A stretch of DNA of 64,000 nucleotides from Rhina ancylostomus (lineage: Eukaryota): NCBI GenBank assembly GCA_030265395.1, contig JARFYF010000001.1, positions 91,996,871 through 92,060,870 on the forward strand, in the 5' to 3' direction. The first letter of the stretch is position 1. Each line of letters starts with the position of its first letter. Of the stretch, positions 14,076-27,945 are shown in pieces. The notes under the pieces are model-generated. The model saw only the letters and a list, made by a program, of their open reading frames with translations, was not told the DNA's origin and searched no databases. The position numbers and the translations under genes were made by a program.

Positions 14076-16059
14076 TATTGGAACTTTACTGCAATAGAGT
14101 ACATTCGTCTAGCTGTTTACTAGATGAAGTAGTTATGATACTACTGAGTGGCTTGCTTGACTATTTCAGAGAGCAATTAGGATCTAACTACATCTCTGCA
14201 GGTCTGGAGGCACCTTCAGGTGAGATCAAATAAAGATGGCAAGGATCTCGTCATTGGGCATTGGCAATCAGCTGGGGTTTATGACAATCCGTTAGTTCTT
14301 TTTTGCAATTCCAGATTATTAACTGAATTTAAATTCCACAGTTGCCTCGGTGGGGTTTGAACACACATCTCTGGGTTGTTAGTCAAGGCCTTTGGCTTTC
14401 TAGCACAATGACCACCATGCTCTATAGCTTGAAAGTCAGTGTGCTCTGCAAAGCACATGGACCCCTATCATTACATAGGGAGTATTAACTGGGTTGTAAT
14501 GTGATACAGAATATTACATTTGGTACAGAATAACACATCCAGTCTCTGAGATAAATGTGTTACATAGAAGAACAAAGCCTGAAGTGCGTTAGTGAAGATC
14601 CAGACGTAGCAGTTTTTTGTAACATATGCCCAGCTACAATTTTTCAATAATTTTGCGTACACTTAAGGTTTTCTTTCTGAACAAAAGACAAACATTAAAA
14701 TGCAAACAGATTTTTATAATGTTCTCAAAGACATAAGCAGTTCTACAATGATGAAGGCAATAGGTGAACCCTTAATGATGAAATCCTGCACCTAATTGAG
14801 TCATCTGATATTTAGGAAACTATATTCTTTTTCCTGCAGGCACTCCAGTTTCCTCCCACATTCCAAAGACATACAGATTAGGAAGTTGTGGGCATGATAT
14901 GTTGGCGCTGAAAGAATAGTGTCAATTGTGGGCTGCCCCCAGAACACTATGCAAAAGATGCATTTCACTGTGTGTTTTGATGTACAGTATATGTGACTAA
15001 TAAAGATATCTTATAGTAATGCTTTGCTATATTAGGTAAGAATTTTATGCTGAGATGTGTTCTGAGGAGGGGTCGTTGACCCAAAACGTTGACTGGTTTC
15101 TCTTTCCACAGATGCTGCTTGAGTGTCTGAATTCTCCCAACATTTCTGTTATGTTTTGTGCTCAGCTCTGTGGAGTTGGACTTAAACACAGATGCATGTG
15201 ACTCATAAGCTACTTACAAAACAATCAATGTCACACCAGCACAAAAGTCTTAGTTAACATTGCAAACAACTGCAAACGGCAATAAACTAACATTGGATTT
15301 TTCAGGTCATCGTAACCATGACAATAAACAATATGGCCTATGAGTTACATAGACACATTATGTCAACCTTTATTTTGATAGATGGGATTGCTTAAATCTA
15401 CAATGTATTAATGGTCATGATTAAAACTTTAAACAAAATAATTAATGGCAATGGAACTCCATTCCTGACTGGGCCCCATTCAACTGCTCTCCTAATTTAG
15501 ACAACCCAACAACTTCTAGAATGGTATTGGTCTTGTTGATGTTGTCTACCCAGATTCAAGAAAACCTTCCACAAAGGGATGTACAGAAAGTTACTTGAAA
15601 ACATTATATCATATGTAAAATAATTTCAGTCCCTCCGGATATCTGCTTTTTTTCTTCCCTCTCTCGCTCTCCCTTTCTGATTTTTCACATCTGCCTTTGT
15701 CATCTGTCTCACTGTCTGTTGGTCTGTCTGTTAATCTGTTATCAGTTACTTGTGCTACTCCCAGCAAATAACCATTTATAAACTGGGCATATCAGCAGCA
15801 TCAGAGAAAGTAGGGTAAAAGACTGGCTATGCAAAAATGTTTATATAAATAAATAAATAGATAGATTTTTTTGATGTATATATGGTGAATTGGCAGCAGT
15901 ATCATATTTAGTTCATGCATGGATGAATTATTCATTTCTTATATTGAATTGCCTCCAAATGACACAGTAGAGAGAAATTCAATAGCCAAGGAAGGTTTAT
16001 AGTTGAAACTGATCGGACTTGAGGACATACCAAAGAGCAGTGAATAAATCAGTAGGCTA

Positions 16060-16345
16060 AATTGACATGGCATCACCAAAAAATGCCACATCCCAGCTGA
16101 GTCTTGGACAACCATGGCCCACAGCGATTCAAAGTGGTGAAGGGGTATTTGGGATGGCACTAACAACACTAGTCAATGCATTAGGAGCATGCAAAAGCTC
16201 AGCATTAACAGTAGAAGAATCACACCACTCACAAACTATCCACCTGCCTATCCCAACAAGCTCCTCCTACCCTTTCTGTGGTAAGGTCAGCAGGTGTCAC
16301 CTCGTCCGTCACCTCAGAACCCACAGAACAGGAGCAGAAGCAAGT
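16060..16345 (+). mobile_element. Possible RTE-type LINE 3' end
   Basis: Degenerate C2H2-like end YPFCGKVSRCHLVRHLRTH. Confidence 0.4.
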
Positions 16346-16359
16346 CATCCACAAGTGTG

Positions 16360-16535
16360 ACTTTGGGAGGACAAACCAAGATAAGACTTACACAGTGAAT
16401 GGTGGGGTTCTGAGGTGTGCGGCAGATTAAAGGGACCTGGGAATATTGATCCATAGTTTCTTGAAAGTGGCATCACAGGTAGATAGGGTCATAAAGAGAG
16501 CTTTTGGCACTTTGGCCTTCATAAATCAGGGCACT
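16360..16535 (+). mobile_element. CR1-type LINE fragment running into a gap
   Basis: IHSFLKVASQVDRVIKRAFGTLAFINQG, typical of the CR1 ORF2 C-terminal region. Confidence 0.65.
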
Positions 16536-19500
16536 NNNNNNNNNNNNNNNNNNNNNNNNNNNNNNNNNNNNNNNNNNNNNNNNNNNNNNNNNNNNNNNNN
16601 NNNNNNNNNNNNNNNNNNNNNNNNNNNNNNNNNNNNNNNNNNNNNNNNNNNNNNNNNNNNNNNNNNNNNNNNNNNNNNNNNNNNNNNNNNNNNNNNNNNN
16701 NNNNNNNNNNNNNNNNNNNNNNNNNNNNNNNNNNNNNNNNNNNNNNNNNNNNNNNNNNNNNNNNNNNNNNNNNNNNNNNNNNNNNNNNNNNNNNNNNNNN
16801 NNNNNNNNNNNNNNNNNNNNNNNNNNNNNNNNNNNNNNNNNNNNNNNNNNNNNNNNNNNNNNNNNNNNNNNNNNNNNNNNNNNNNNNNNNNNNNNNNNNN
16901 NNNNNNNNNNNNNNNNNNNNNNNNNNNNNNNNNNNNNNNNNNNNNNNNNNNNNNNNNNNNNNNNNNNNNNNNNNNNNNNNNNNNNNNNNNNNNNNNNNNN
17001 NNNNNNNNNNNNNNNNNNNNNNNNNNNNNNNNNNNNNNNNNNNNNNNNNNNNNNNNNNNNNNNNNNNNNNNNNNNNNNNNNNNNNNNNNNNNNNNNNNNN
17101 NNNNNNNNNNNNNNNNNNNNNNNNNNNNNNNNNNNNNNNNNNNNNNNNNNNNNNNNNNNNNNNNNNNNNNNNNNNNNNNNNNNNNNNNNNNNNNNNNNNN
17201 NNNNNNNNNNNNNNNNNNNNNNNNNNNNNNNNNNNNNNNNNNNNNNNNNNNNNNNNNNNNNNNNNNNNNNNNNNACATCTATTATCTTGGCGTAGTCCTC
17301 AGTGCATTCCTTACCCCAATAACTTTCTCGTTGCCATTTCTCTTGGCAGAAACTTCTTCCCTGCTGCAATTTTTACATCTTTTCCCTTTGATTTTTCAGA
17401 AGAGTTTTCTCATCACGCGTGATGCCCATTCCTTGTCCCATTCTCTGTGCTCTCCTTCTCTCACTCTCTTTCCTGGTGCTTCTCTCAGTGAAATCTTCAC
17501 CTGATTTGTCCTTTCCTGATCCACTACTGTCATCTCTCAACCTTCTCTATCTATCATGTTGTTACCTTCCTCTCCATTGTTTTCCTTGTCCAGTTCTCCC
17601 CTCTATCCTTTGTAATACGCTGTATCCCATACATCTGCCATTCTCAATTTACTTTCATATCATGTTCCTTCTTTCCCACTTCCTCCTCTACTTCTTTTCC
17701 TGACTGCAACCTGGTCCTTATCTATTCATCCCCAAACCTGTGTGCAATACTGGAAGATCAGGCAGAAGAGGGATAGGTTCAGTTTTCTGAGGTGGGAAGG
17801 AGAGGGAGGGGATTGTGAAAGAAGGATGAGGAGAGGCTGAATACAAAACTGGAGAGGAAAGAGAAAAGGGAGGGAAACAAAAAAAGAGGATGATGAACAA
17901 AACAACGGGAAATGATGTATGTTGGCTTCAGTCAGCTAAGTGATGCTTAGTGGGTGGTGGCAAGGGTCCAGTTACCAAAATATTCATCAGTGTTGCAAAA
18001 GGGCTCTGTTCCCATCACTGAGAGGTTATCTGGTTATTCACTGAGAAGTTGACATGGGATCCAGGAATTAGTTGGTGATGGAAGGGGTGGTTTTTCTGAA
18101 CCTTACACTGGTTCTGCTCAATTGTAGCAGTGTTGAGATGAAGGGGGGGGGGTAAACACTTATTTCACAGTCAACCCTTAGTAGGTGGAAGTTAAATGAG
18201 GCTCTGCAATCCATTGTGAGGGTGCTGAGGGAGTATGAATATATGACTAGTTTTGTGGAGGTCACCCTGATTCTTTAAACAGAGTTGAGTTTAATGTCAT
18301 GTACACAAATATGGTGAGGTACAGTACAGTGAAAATCTTGCTTGCAGCAGCATTAAAGGGATGTAGGTACAGACAACACACAGAATATAAATTATGTATA
18401 CATTATACCATACAGTGAAAACTCTGCAAATACAAGACCTTAATGCAAAACAAAACAAAGATACAAANNNNNNNNNNNNNNNNNNNNNNNNNNNNNNNNN
18501 NNNNNNNNNNNNNNNNNNNNNNNNNNNNNNNNNNNNNNNNNNNNNNNNNNNNNNNNNNNNNNNNNNNAAATACAAGACCTTAATGCAAAACAAAACAAAG
18601 ATACAAACAAAGTTAAGTCCATGGTACTGCAAGAGGTGGTCCATAGTGTTCCATTGCTGAGGTAGGGTTAGAGTTGTGCAATAAGCTCAAGAACAGAAAG
18701 GGGGTGAGCTGTTCTTTCTCGATTGGGTGAGAGGCTAACATCAATTTCTGCTGAATATGCACAATGGAGTTGTTATAGCAAATAATGACTCATTGTATTT
18801 TACCTTTCCTGTTCTTTTTGAGTTGGTTTTATGCCATGTGATGGGCTGTAACCACCACAGATATGTTAATAGATTTCTGCTGTGTCTCAATAGTCATCTG
18901 TACTAAATGACAAAATACAGAGTGCCACCTCACCTGCATGTTCAGCCATGATCCATATTTATTGGAGGCCTTGCTTGCTTTCTCCTCAGGGATGGAGGGT
19001 GTAACCAGTTTCTTCAACCTCCTCGTAGTGATGTTGACTTATTTGTACCGCGATTGCTCAGGTGCCATTTCTCATGCTTCAGTGCAAAAGCCACTTGGTG
19101 CCTGTTTTGTTTTGTAGTCTTCGATCCTTCAGTGTTTGCCATATCCCACCAGTATCCCCAGTTCCCTGTGAGCCTATAATTGAATCNNNNNNNNNNNCTG
19201 TACAGCTTTATATTGCCTTTGTGTTTCATGGGCCTCTCCTGAGTTTCTCAGTGTTCTTTGGCAAAGCTTTTTGAGTTCAGACCACACAGTTTGTCCTGTC
19301 AGTTTAACAATCAATTATTCAAGGTTAAGTTTGGGGCTGACCTGTCATATTAAGCCCTTCCCCATTATTCTGAATTAGTCACATAATGTTCATGGAACAA
19401 TAAAAAGCAGGATTCCAATGAAATTCCAGGAAGATTTATAATTTTAGAAACACAATAAGGAAGAGATTTTTCATATGAGGTAAAGAGTATCATAATCTTC

Positions 19501-19998
19501 TATTTCATAACCTCATGAACTTTCCAATAGACACCACTGGGTAGCAGCTCTGTGTAATTTAATCGATCCTTGTTTAGGGATGTTGAGACCTCCTTACAAT
19601 GGCCTGCCAATGCTGTCTAGCTCCAGAAAGCCAGTCTGTTTTTAAGGTTGCATAGTAAAGAAGGAAAAATTCCATTATGCAACATTTCATAATGACCAGA
19701 ATTCATTCTAGCATTCCAGAATATGGATGAATTTTACACAAAAGGGAGATGTAAAGATTACGAAAAAATTACTTCTTTTGTGAATAGCCTACTATTGTAA
19801 AGTACCTTTTATCATTCAGTCATTACTTTGAAATTTTACTAATACACCTCTAGATTGTTTCATAAGCCATATTTTTTTTTACTGAGATCAGAATAATTTT
19901 GATAAGCAAGTCAACTTACTAGTGACCTGTGGAGGTTAACGGCATGATTTCAGCTGTTTGGATTCCTTTGCTTGGCTGCCTTGGCCAATGATAACGTA

Positions 19999-20036
19999 CT
20001 CTCTCTCTCTCTCTCTCTCTCTCCCTCTCTCTCTCT
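19999..20036. repeat. (CT)n microsatellite
   Basis: Directly visible. Confidence 0.9.
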
Positions 20037-21039
20037 GTTGTTACTGAGAGCAGCACGAGAGGTTAGAAGTGTAGCCACAGCAGGCACAAAGGAAAAGCAT
20101 CAGAGACACAGGAAATTCTGCAGATGCTGGAATCTGGGAGCAATATACAAAAAGTGCTGGAAGAACTCAGCAGGTCAGGCAGCATCCATGGAGGGAAATA
20201 AACAGTCAACGTTTCAGGTTGAGACCCTTCAACAGGTTAGAGATTTTTTCTCATTTTCTCATGAGATGTGGACATCACTAGCAGGGCCAGTATTTATTAA
20301 CCTTTCCTAATTTCCCTTGAGAAGGCAGTGATGGGTCACCTTTTTGAACTCCTGCAGTTTATGTGGCAATGACATTTCCACAATAGTAGGGAGTAGGGAC
20401 TTCCAGGATTTATACTCAGTGACAATGAAAGAATGGCAATATATTTCAAAGTCAGAATAGTAATGTGACTGGTTCAGGAACATACAGATGCCCTTGTCCT
20501 TTTAATGGTAGAAGCTGAGGATTTGCTGGGAGCTATCAAGAAATCCAGACAGGCCGTGGTAGGGATAATAGTGTTGATTTTGTCGTACTTTTGGAATTTA
20601 TGTGATAAATCAAAGAATATTAATGAGATTCCAGCTGCAATATCATAGCCATCTCTGGGCATCAGACTTTAGGAAGGATGTCAAACCACAAAATGATTCA
20701 CTGAAATTATCTTTCTGATGAAGGACTTTTGGTTGTATGGAATAAGCAAAGAAGCCAGTGTTTAACAGGTGTGTTCAGAATCATGAAACTGTTTACTGCA
20801 GCAGAAAGATTTGTACCCAGGAGACTCAGGTTTAAGGTAATTGGTGAAGGAGACCAGATGTGACTTCTTTTTAAGTGGCAAATTGTTATGATGAGACTTG
20901 CACCACCTGAAAGGATGTGTGGCAGCAGATTCAATAATAACTTTCAAAATGGAATTGGATAAATGCCCAGAATGGAAAAGATTTGTTCATCTGAGGAGAA
21001 AGGACAGAAGAGCTTCTGTAGGAATTTCTATAGGCCTGT

Positions 21040-22770
21040 GAAAAGAAAAGGACCAATGTGGGTAAACATGTGTCCATTACACCTGGAGGTGGGAGAGTTT
21101 ATAGTCATAAGGAAATGGCAGAGGAACTAAACAAATACTTTGTGTTTTTCTCTTCATAGCAGAAGATACAGGAAAACTCTCAAAATTACTGGATGGAAAC
21201 AAGGAAATAGCAAAAAATTAATATTGGTACAGAAATATTACTGAGATTTAATAAGATGGAAAACTGATAATTCCCAAGGACCCAATGATCTACATTGGAG
21301 AGTTTTGAAAGAAGTGGCATTGGAGTTACTGAATTCTCCAGTTATCAGCTTCCAAAATTCCATGGATTCTTAAGTGGTGGTTCCTAGAGATTGGAGGGTA
21401 GCAGATGTGATCCCACTATATAAGAAAAAAAGGAGAGAGAAAACATGGAACTACTGACTTGTTAGTCTGACATCAGTAATTGGGAAGATGCTGGAATCTA
21501 TAAAGCATGTAATAAAAAGGGAATTAGAAAATGATAATGTGACTTAACAGAGTTAACATGGACTTATGAAAGAGAAATAGTGTTTAACTGATCTAAGGGT
21601 GTTCTTTGAGGTTGTATCTAGTGGAGTAGTTCACCAAAAGTGAATTTGGTCTATTTGAATGTTAAGATGGCATTCAATAAGGTCCCACACAAGAGATTGC
21701 TGAACAAAGTTAGAACCCATAGAATTGGGAGTAATATACTCATGTGGATTGAGAATTGGTTAANNNNNNNNNNAGATGGAAAACAAAGAATAGCAATAAA
21801 TGGGTCCTCTTCTGGTTGGCAGGCTGTGACATATAGGTATTGTAGGGATTGGTGCTTGGGCCCAGATATTCATATTCGATTATCAATGATTTGGCTCAGG
21901 AGATCAAATTTAACATTCCAATATTTGCTGATACTGGGACACAGTGGGAATGTAAGTAGTGATACAGACAAGCTGAGAGAATGCACAGCAATGTGGCAGA
22001 TAGAGCATGATTTGAAAAAAAAATGTTGTTAACCATTTCAGTGCAAAGAGCAGAAATACTGAGCATGTTTTAAATGGAGAGAGACTGGGAAATGTTAATG
22101 TTTAAAAGGGCTTGTAAGAAGGGCTTGAAAGCTAACATGCCAATGCAGCAGGTAAGTAAGAAGGAAAATGGTATGCTGGCCTTTATACAGGAAATTTATG
22201 TAAAGATATCTTAGTACAATTTTATAGGGCCTTGGTGAGAGGACACCTGGAGTATTGTTTACATTTTTAGTCTCCTTATCTAAAAGAGAGGGCATGCAAT
22301 GAAGATTCACCAGACTGGTTCCTGAGGTGCTGGTGTGTCGTATGAAGAAAGATTAAGAAGGCCAGGCCTCTATTCTTTAGAGTTTAAAAGAACGATACAT
22401 ACAAAATTCTTTGAGGGTTCAGCAGGGTGGATATGATGAGAATACTTCGGCTGGCTGAGGAATCTAGATCTAGGGTCAAAGATCAAAACAAGGGGTTGGC
22501 CAATTAGGACTAAATTGAGGAGAGATTTCTTCATTCAAAGGAGGGTAAACATTTGGAATCCTCTACTCTAGATGGGGGATGGGGAGGGGGTGTTCAGTCA
22601 TTGATTACATTCCAAACAGAAATGACAATGTTTCTGGATATTACAGAAATCGAGGGATAGGTGAGGAAAGTGGTGCTGAGGCAGAAGATCAACCATAATA
22701 TTATTGAATAGTGAGACAATATGGAGGAGCTAAATGACCTGCTTCTGCTCCTGATTCTTACGTTTTTGTG
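21040..22770 (+). mobile_element. 5'-truncated degenerate CR1-type LINE (reverse transcriptase to 3' UTR)
   Basis: LVYLNVKMAFNKVPHKRLLNKV...ILMWIENWL..GKQRIAING resembles the CR1 reverse transcriptase motif LDFxKAFDKVPH; many stops and frameshifts. Confidence 0.85.
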
Positions 22771-25700
22771 AGAGTGGGACAAATTGGATACCTCAATTCA
22801 AAGATGTGACTCAGGCATGATTGGTTGAATGCCCTCCAGTGTTATTTAAAATAATAAGACTCTTCTTGTAATATTACTTTTTGGAAAAACAGCAGTTGTT
22901 AACCCTAATAAATATAATGTTTCCTTTGTGCCTGAAAATAAGTGGTATCTGTTTCAAGTCTTTTGTAATACTGAGGCATTATAAGGGGTTAGAGTCACTC
23001 AGGGTGGATTATCAACAATGACCATAATCCTTGGTCAACTCAAGTTTATTATCATGTACCTAAGTACATGTATGCACAGGTGCAATGAAAAGCCTATATG
23101 CAATAACATCACAGGCACATAGCATTGGAGGTGCATCACTCAAAAGAAAAACATAAATTAAACATAAATTATACAAATATTAAAAAGAAGTTTCTGTACT
23201 GATTGTCGTAGGAAAGATACTTAAAATTAACCTCTCTTAAATGATTAATTGATGAAGCATTTAAGGAAAGAAAATATCTACCTGTAAATCCCCTTTTGAA
23301 GGGGTGGCACTCAGAACATTGACAGTCGGAATAAGACATGTTATTGCAGAATAAATATTCCTGTCCCTCTAAACAGGTCAGAGCTGGTTTGTATAATTGA
23401 GCAGGCAGGCTTAGTAGTACAAACAATAATAATAATGATAAAGGAACAAGGTTCCCTTCACTGATGTCACAGGATTGCAGAAGTCTTTGCAGTTATTACA
23501 TCATGGCATTTAAGGCTTGGGTTAGGATAACAACATGCCAAGCAGGAGAATACAGATTGATACAGGAAAGCCCTAATTGAACTGTTATCTCTATATAAGC
23601 AGGCTATGGAATAGCTATGGATGAGAGGGGGAGATGCAGGAAATTAAATCAGAGATGTTTTATTATGATTGGATACTGACTTGGGTTGGTCAAGAAGTGA
23701 TAACTAAATATCTGTACTTCAGCCAAGATGCTTGTCAATGATGCTCACCTTAGAACTGGATGATCCACTTCACATGTAACTATGCCTAGGGTATAATAAT
23801 CATTGTTTACATTGTGATTTTTAAGTCATCCAGGATCTCTGTATTTGGGTGGCTTCTTTACATATGCTCAAATAAACTGGTGAATAAAGGAATTTGTGTC
23901 TAGATATTACTATGGGATGTGAAGGGTGATTGAACTCCCACTGATTACTGTGGAAGCTGACTGAACTCCCACTACACACTCTTGTCTTTTCCAAGGCTAC
24001 CTGTTTATCATACTTGAATAAATTGTGATCCTCAACTTATCCATTTAAACATGGAAAAATTCACTCATGGTGATCGGCCTATTTTGTCTATTAACGTGTT
24101 CAGCTGTTGTACACAATTGTGTAAACAACTTAATGTATTTTGACCCTGGTTGCTGTGAGTCATACGCTTATGACAATCAAATCCTTTATTGAAGGCTGAG
24201 AAATTGCAGAGTTGCATTCAGGAACTTAAATTTGTCCACATTAAGAGGTGCACATTAAACCGGCATATATTGTGTATAAGTGCATATGTGAACAACCTCA
24301 ATGTACAACATGATGTTCATAGTGAGGGAAAGTACAACTTACGCATGAGGAGCACACCAGAAAGTTTGGAACACTTCCTCACATTCAGTAACTTAAGAGG
24401 AAATGGTGATATGTTAGAACCAAACAAAAGACTGGCTGGATCACCCTGGAGCACCGAGACTAGTTCCATGAAAAGCATTGTAGGAAGATTATAACTAAGA
24501 AAATGCTTCGCAGATTTACTACCTGAATTCTGAGTTATATTATAAAGATATTGAGAAGATATAACATACAAGAAGAACAAACTGGGCGTTACATTCCTTG
24601 AAATTTAGTAAAGGAGGCGGTTTGATCTCAAGTATTAAAGGAAACACATAGGAAAATTTCCATTAATTTATATTCAGTCTTTCAGGAATTGTTAATGAAC
24701 ACTTCAATCTGCAAAGTTTGTAAAACTTTTCCCCAAAATGCAAATGATCTAGGTCAGTTATTAATTTAAAATCTGAGACATTTTTGTTAACTAAAGGTAT
24801 TAAACATTATGATAGTATAACACAGAATATTCATGATCTAATTGAATGGTGAATGGGAAGACTTAAAGGACGGAATGACTGATTCCTGTTACCAAAAAAT
24901 TTCATAATACAAGCAGGTGTTTTATCTTTCACTGACCAGAATGCAGAAAACTAGTATTAAAACCATAATCAAGATACTCTTGTAAAATTTTCAGCTACTG
25001 AATTTTATCTTGGTAATGATAAAACCACATTTATTAAATGTAACTACCAGATTAAAAAGCAATAAGCAAAATATGGACAGATGTATGTGAAAATATAACA
25101 TGTATCCTCAATGAAGAAGAAAAATAACTTTCCTAACAAAAACAAAAACATCTGCTGGTTGAGGGTTTGTTTGTTAACACAGTGGAAAGCTGTCAGATTA
25201 ATTCTTTAATGTATTTTCATATATGGTACCCTCAACTATCAGTTTTGGAGTGTTCACAGGGTATACCTCATAGCTTATCCTAGGGGGTATTTAAGACATG
25301 ATTAAATGCTGCAGACACCAAACGTTTCTATTCACCACTAGTGATTTTAAGATAATTTGTAAAAGTACATGAAAATGTTTGAAATAATTTTTGATTCATA
25401 TCAGAACAATGAAGTATACTTTTTCACCCAAACATACTGGCAAATTTACTTATTTTTGTGCTTCACTTCTACTTTCCTGAAAGTTTTGACTTATGNNNNN
25501 NNNNNNNNNNNNNNNNNNNNNNNNNNNNNNNNNNNNNNNNNNNNNNNNNNNNNNNNNNNNNNNNNNNNNNNNNNNNNNNNNNNNNNNNNNNNNNNNNNNN
25601 NNNNNNNNNNNNNNTTTACCTGTACTACATCAATGCACTCTGTACTAACTCAATGTAACTGCACTGTGTAATGAATTGACCTGTATGATCTATTTGTAAG

Positions 25701-27657
25701 ACAAGCTTTTCACTATACCTCAGTACAATTGACAATAATAAACCAATACCAAATACCAATACCCAGTGCTTCACTATCAAAGTGTATGGTTTCCAGTGCA
25801 GAGTTCACCCACAGGGTTGGATTTGATCCATTCGACACAAAGCAAGCCACTTTTAGTCAGAACTGTAATACAACACCTAAGTTTTTCACACTTGCCGGGT
25901 GCAAAAAACCTGAGTCAGATCTGATGTCATATTGAATATCCCTTAAGTGGGAGAAAAGGTAGAACCCTATCATCATGCCTTTTGGAATTCACTCCGAAAG
26001 GCTAATTACAAGCATCAGAGAATATGAAGTTGTATCCCAACACCGTGCCAAGTAGCAAGTGCTATGCTTAATGTGACTTCAGCTGGTACTCAGAAACTTA
26101 ATCTAATCACTGGAGGTAAGGGGAAGGGGGTAAGAGAAAAGCTGCTGTTAACCTTGCATTGATTAAAGCATTAACATTGAAGGATTTACTATTAGGATCC
26201 AATATTTTACTATACTGTATCAGCAGTAGGTGCAATAGACAAATCCCCATTCTGAAACTACTAAATATTCAGATGAAGAAATCCCGCAGAGTGGTCACTG
26301 AATCCGTATTTTGATCTCTAATATAGAACCTTCATCTTTAGCCCCTCATACTGTTCAACAAGAAGACATTCCCTGCCCCTCCAACCACTGCAACTTATTT
26401 TTCACTTCTGTAAATGACCAGTTATCTGTTTCTCTCAACAGATGCTGCCTGGACTGCTGTGCATTTCCAGCATTGTTTTTGCCCTTCAATTCTTTTGTTA
26501 GCTATGCCAGAATATCTGCTAAAATGGCAACACCGAACAAAGTATCTTAAGAATGACTTATTTTCATACAATGAATAAAATGAAGCCTGCTGTCAACTTC
26601 AAGGAGGTGCTAATTTATAAATGAGAGCAGAAAACAGGGAAAATGTATTGAAGCTTGCAAGTCAGAAGGCAAAACTAGAACCAAATTTGGGACAAATCCA
26701 ATGGTCATAAATCAAGGCAACACACAAATTCTGTGCAATCTTTTCATTTTAATTCTTTTCCATCTACATACATACAAACATATCAATGTTATTTCATTAT
26801 AAAAGTTATTAAGTCATAATGATACAACCAATAGTGATGGTTCAGTACAGAGGGAAATTGAAACTGTGTACACTTCCCAAATGATCAGCATGATTGGCCC
26901 CAGCTGCTCAAATACATTATACATCAGTTGAACACAATGGTAGTCAACTCTCATCCAAAGACTATGTCTAGATTCACAGCTGCGTAACCAAAAGTACTTT
27001 CACCCTAGTCATACTACAGCATAAACTACATCTTCCTGGAAGGAAAGAAAAATTATTTAAGATCAGTGACTCAACAGTGGGATTAAATCTTGGGACTTAC
27101 TGCAAATTTACTTCAAATCTAAATTCTCGAATTGCTTTCATGAACTGCCAATGATCTGGCAGAATAAAGTAGAAATGCTGCATTATATAGTGCATGACAT
27201 TAAAAAACACACCCTGCAACTTAACTAGGGAAGATAACTTTATTCTTATTCCATGTTTCCCATAGACATAAAATAGTACAATTCTGAAGATACTGGTAAC
27301 TCTATTGTAAATATTTCAATGCTACCTGGGAAGTCAGACATGTTCATCTGCCGTCTTTATAAGCATTAGGGCCAGGTTATTCATAGCATGTAAATTGCCT
27401 TTGTTGCATAAATGCAAATATTACAGCAAACCAAGGTAGGTATTTAATGTACAAAATGAATGTACATGCAACATTACACATTATTCTTTCTCTGTCTACC
27501 TTAAACACTCAGTGGTACATTGAAGATTTGCTGCAATGGAATTTCTGAAACATATCCAACAATGTGAAAACTATCTAAGGTGATATGTATGGTCAAGGGC
27601 AAAAAACTTCAGAAACAGGTTCACAAAACCAATGTAAATGTACAATTTTGTGGGATA

Positions 27658-27663
27658 TTTATT
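27658..27663 (-). terminator. Candidate polyadenylation signal AATAAA, copy B
   Basis: tttatt on the + strand about 280 nt past the stop codon; a nearby aaatgtacaa motif is shared with copy A. Confidence 0.5.
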
Positions 27664-27945
27664 TGAAGCTATGCACAAGAAAAAACAATTTGTTGAAATC
27701 GAAAGAATAAAACAAATATCAGCTAATGAAATTAATATTGAAAACAAGTAGATTATTTTTTTTCTAAATGAAAGTGAATTGCAATCAAGTCAATAGTTCT
27801 GTGCGTTGAACAACCACACATACTGTGCCTTTAAGTAAATTAAATTTGCAATCCTTTGACAGAAATTCACTGATTCCTACTTGGCTTATTGTACACCAAT
27901 TTTCACTTAGGATAAAAGTCCAATTTATGGAATAACAAACAACAC

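Noticed and set aside
16446-17504. Long ORFs in the track here and at 37431-37897 and 39548-40174
   Set aside because: They consist mostly of translated N gaps.
18428-18607. 40-nt exact direct repeat flanking a 100-N gap
   Set aside because: Typical unmerged contig overlap, i.e. an assembly artefact.
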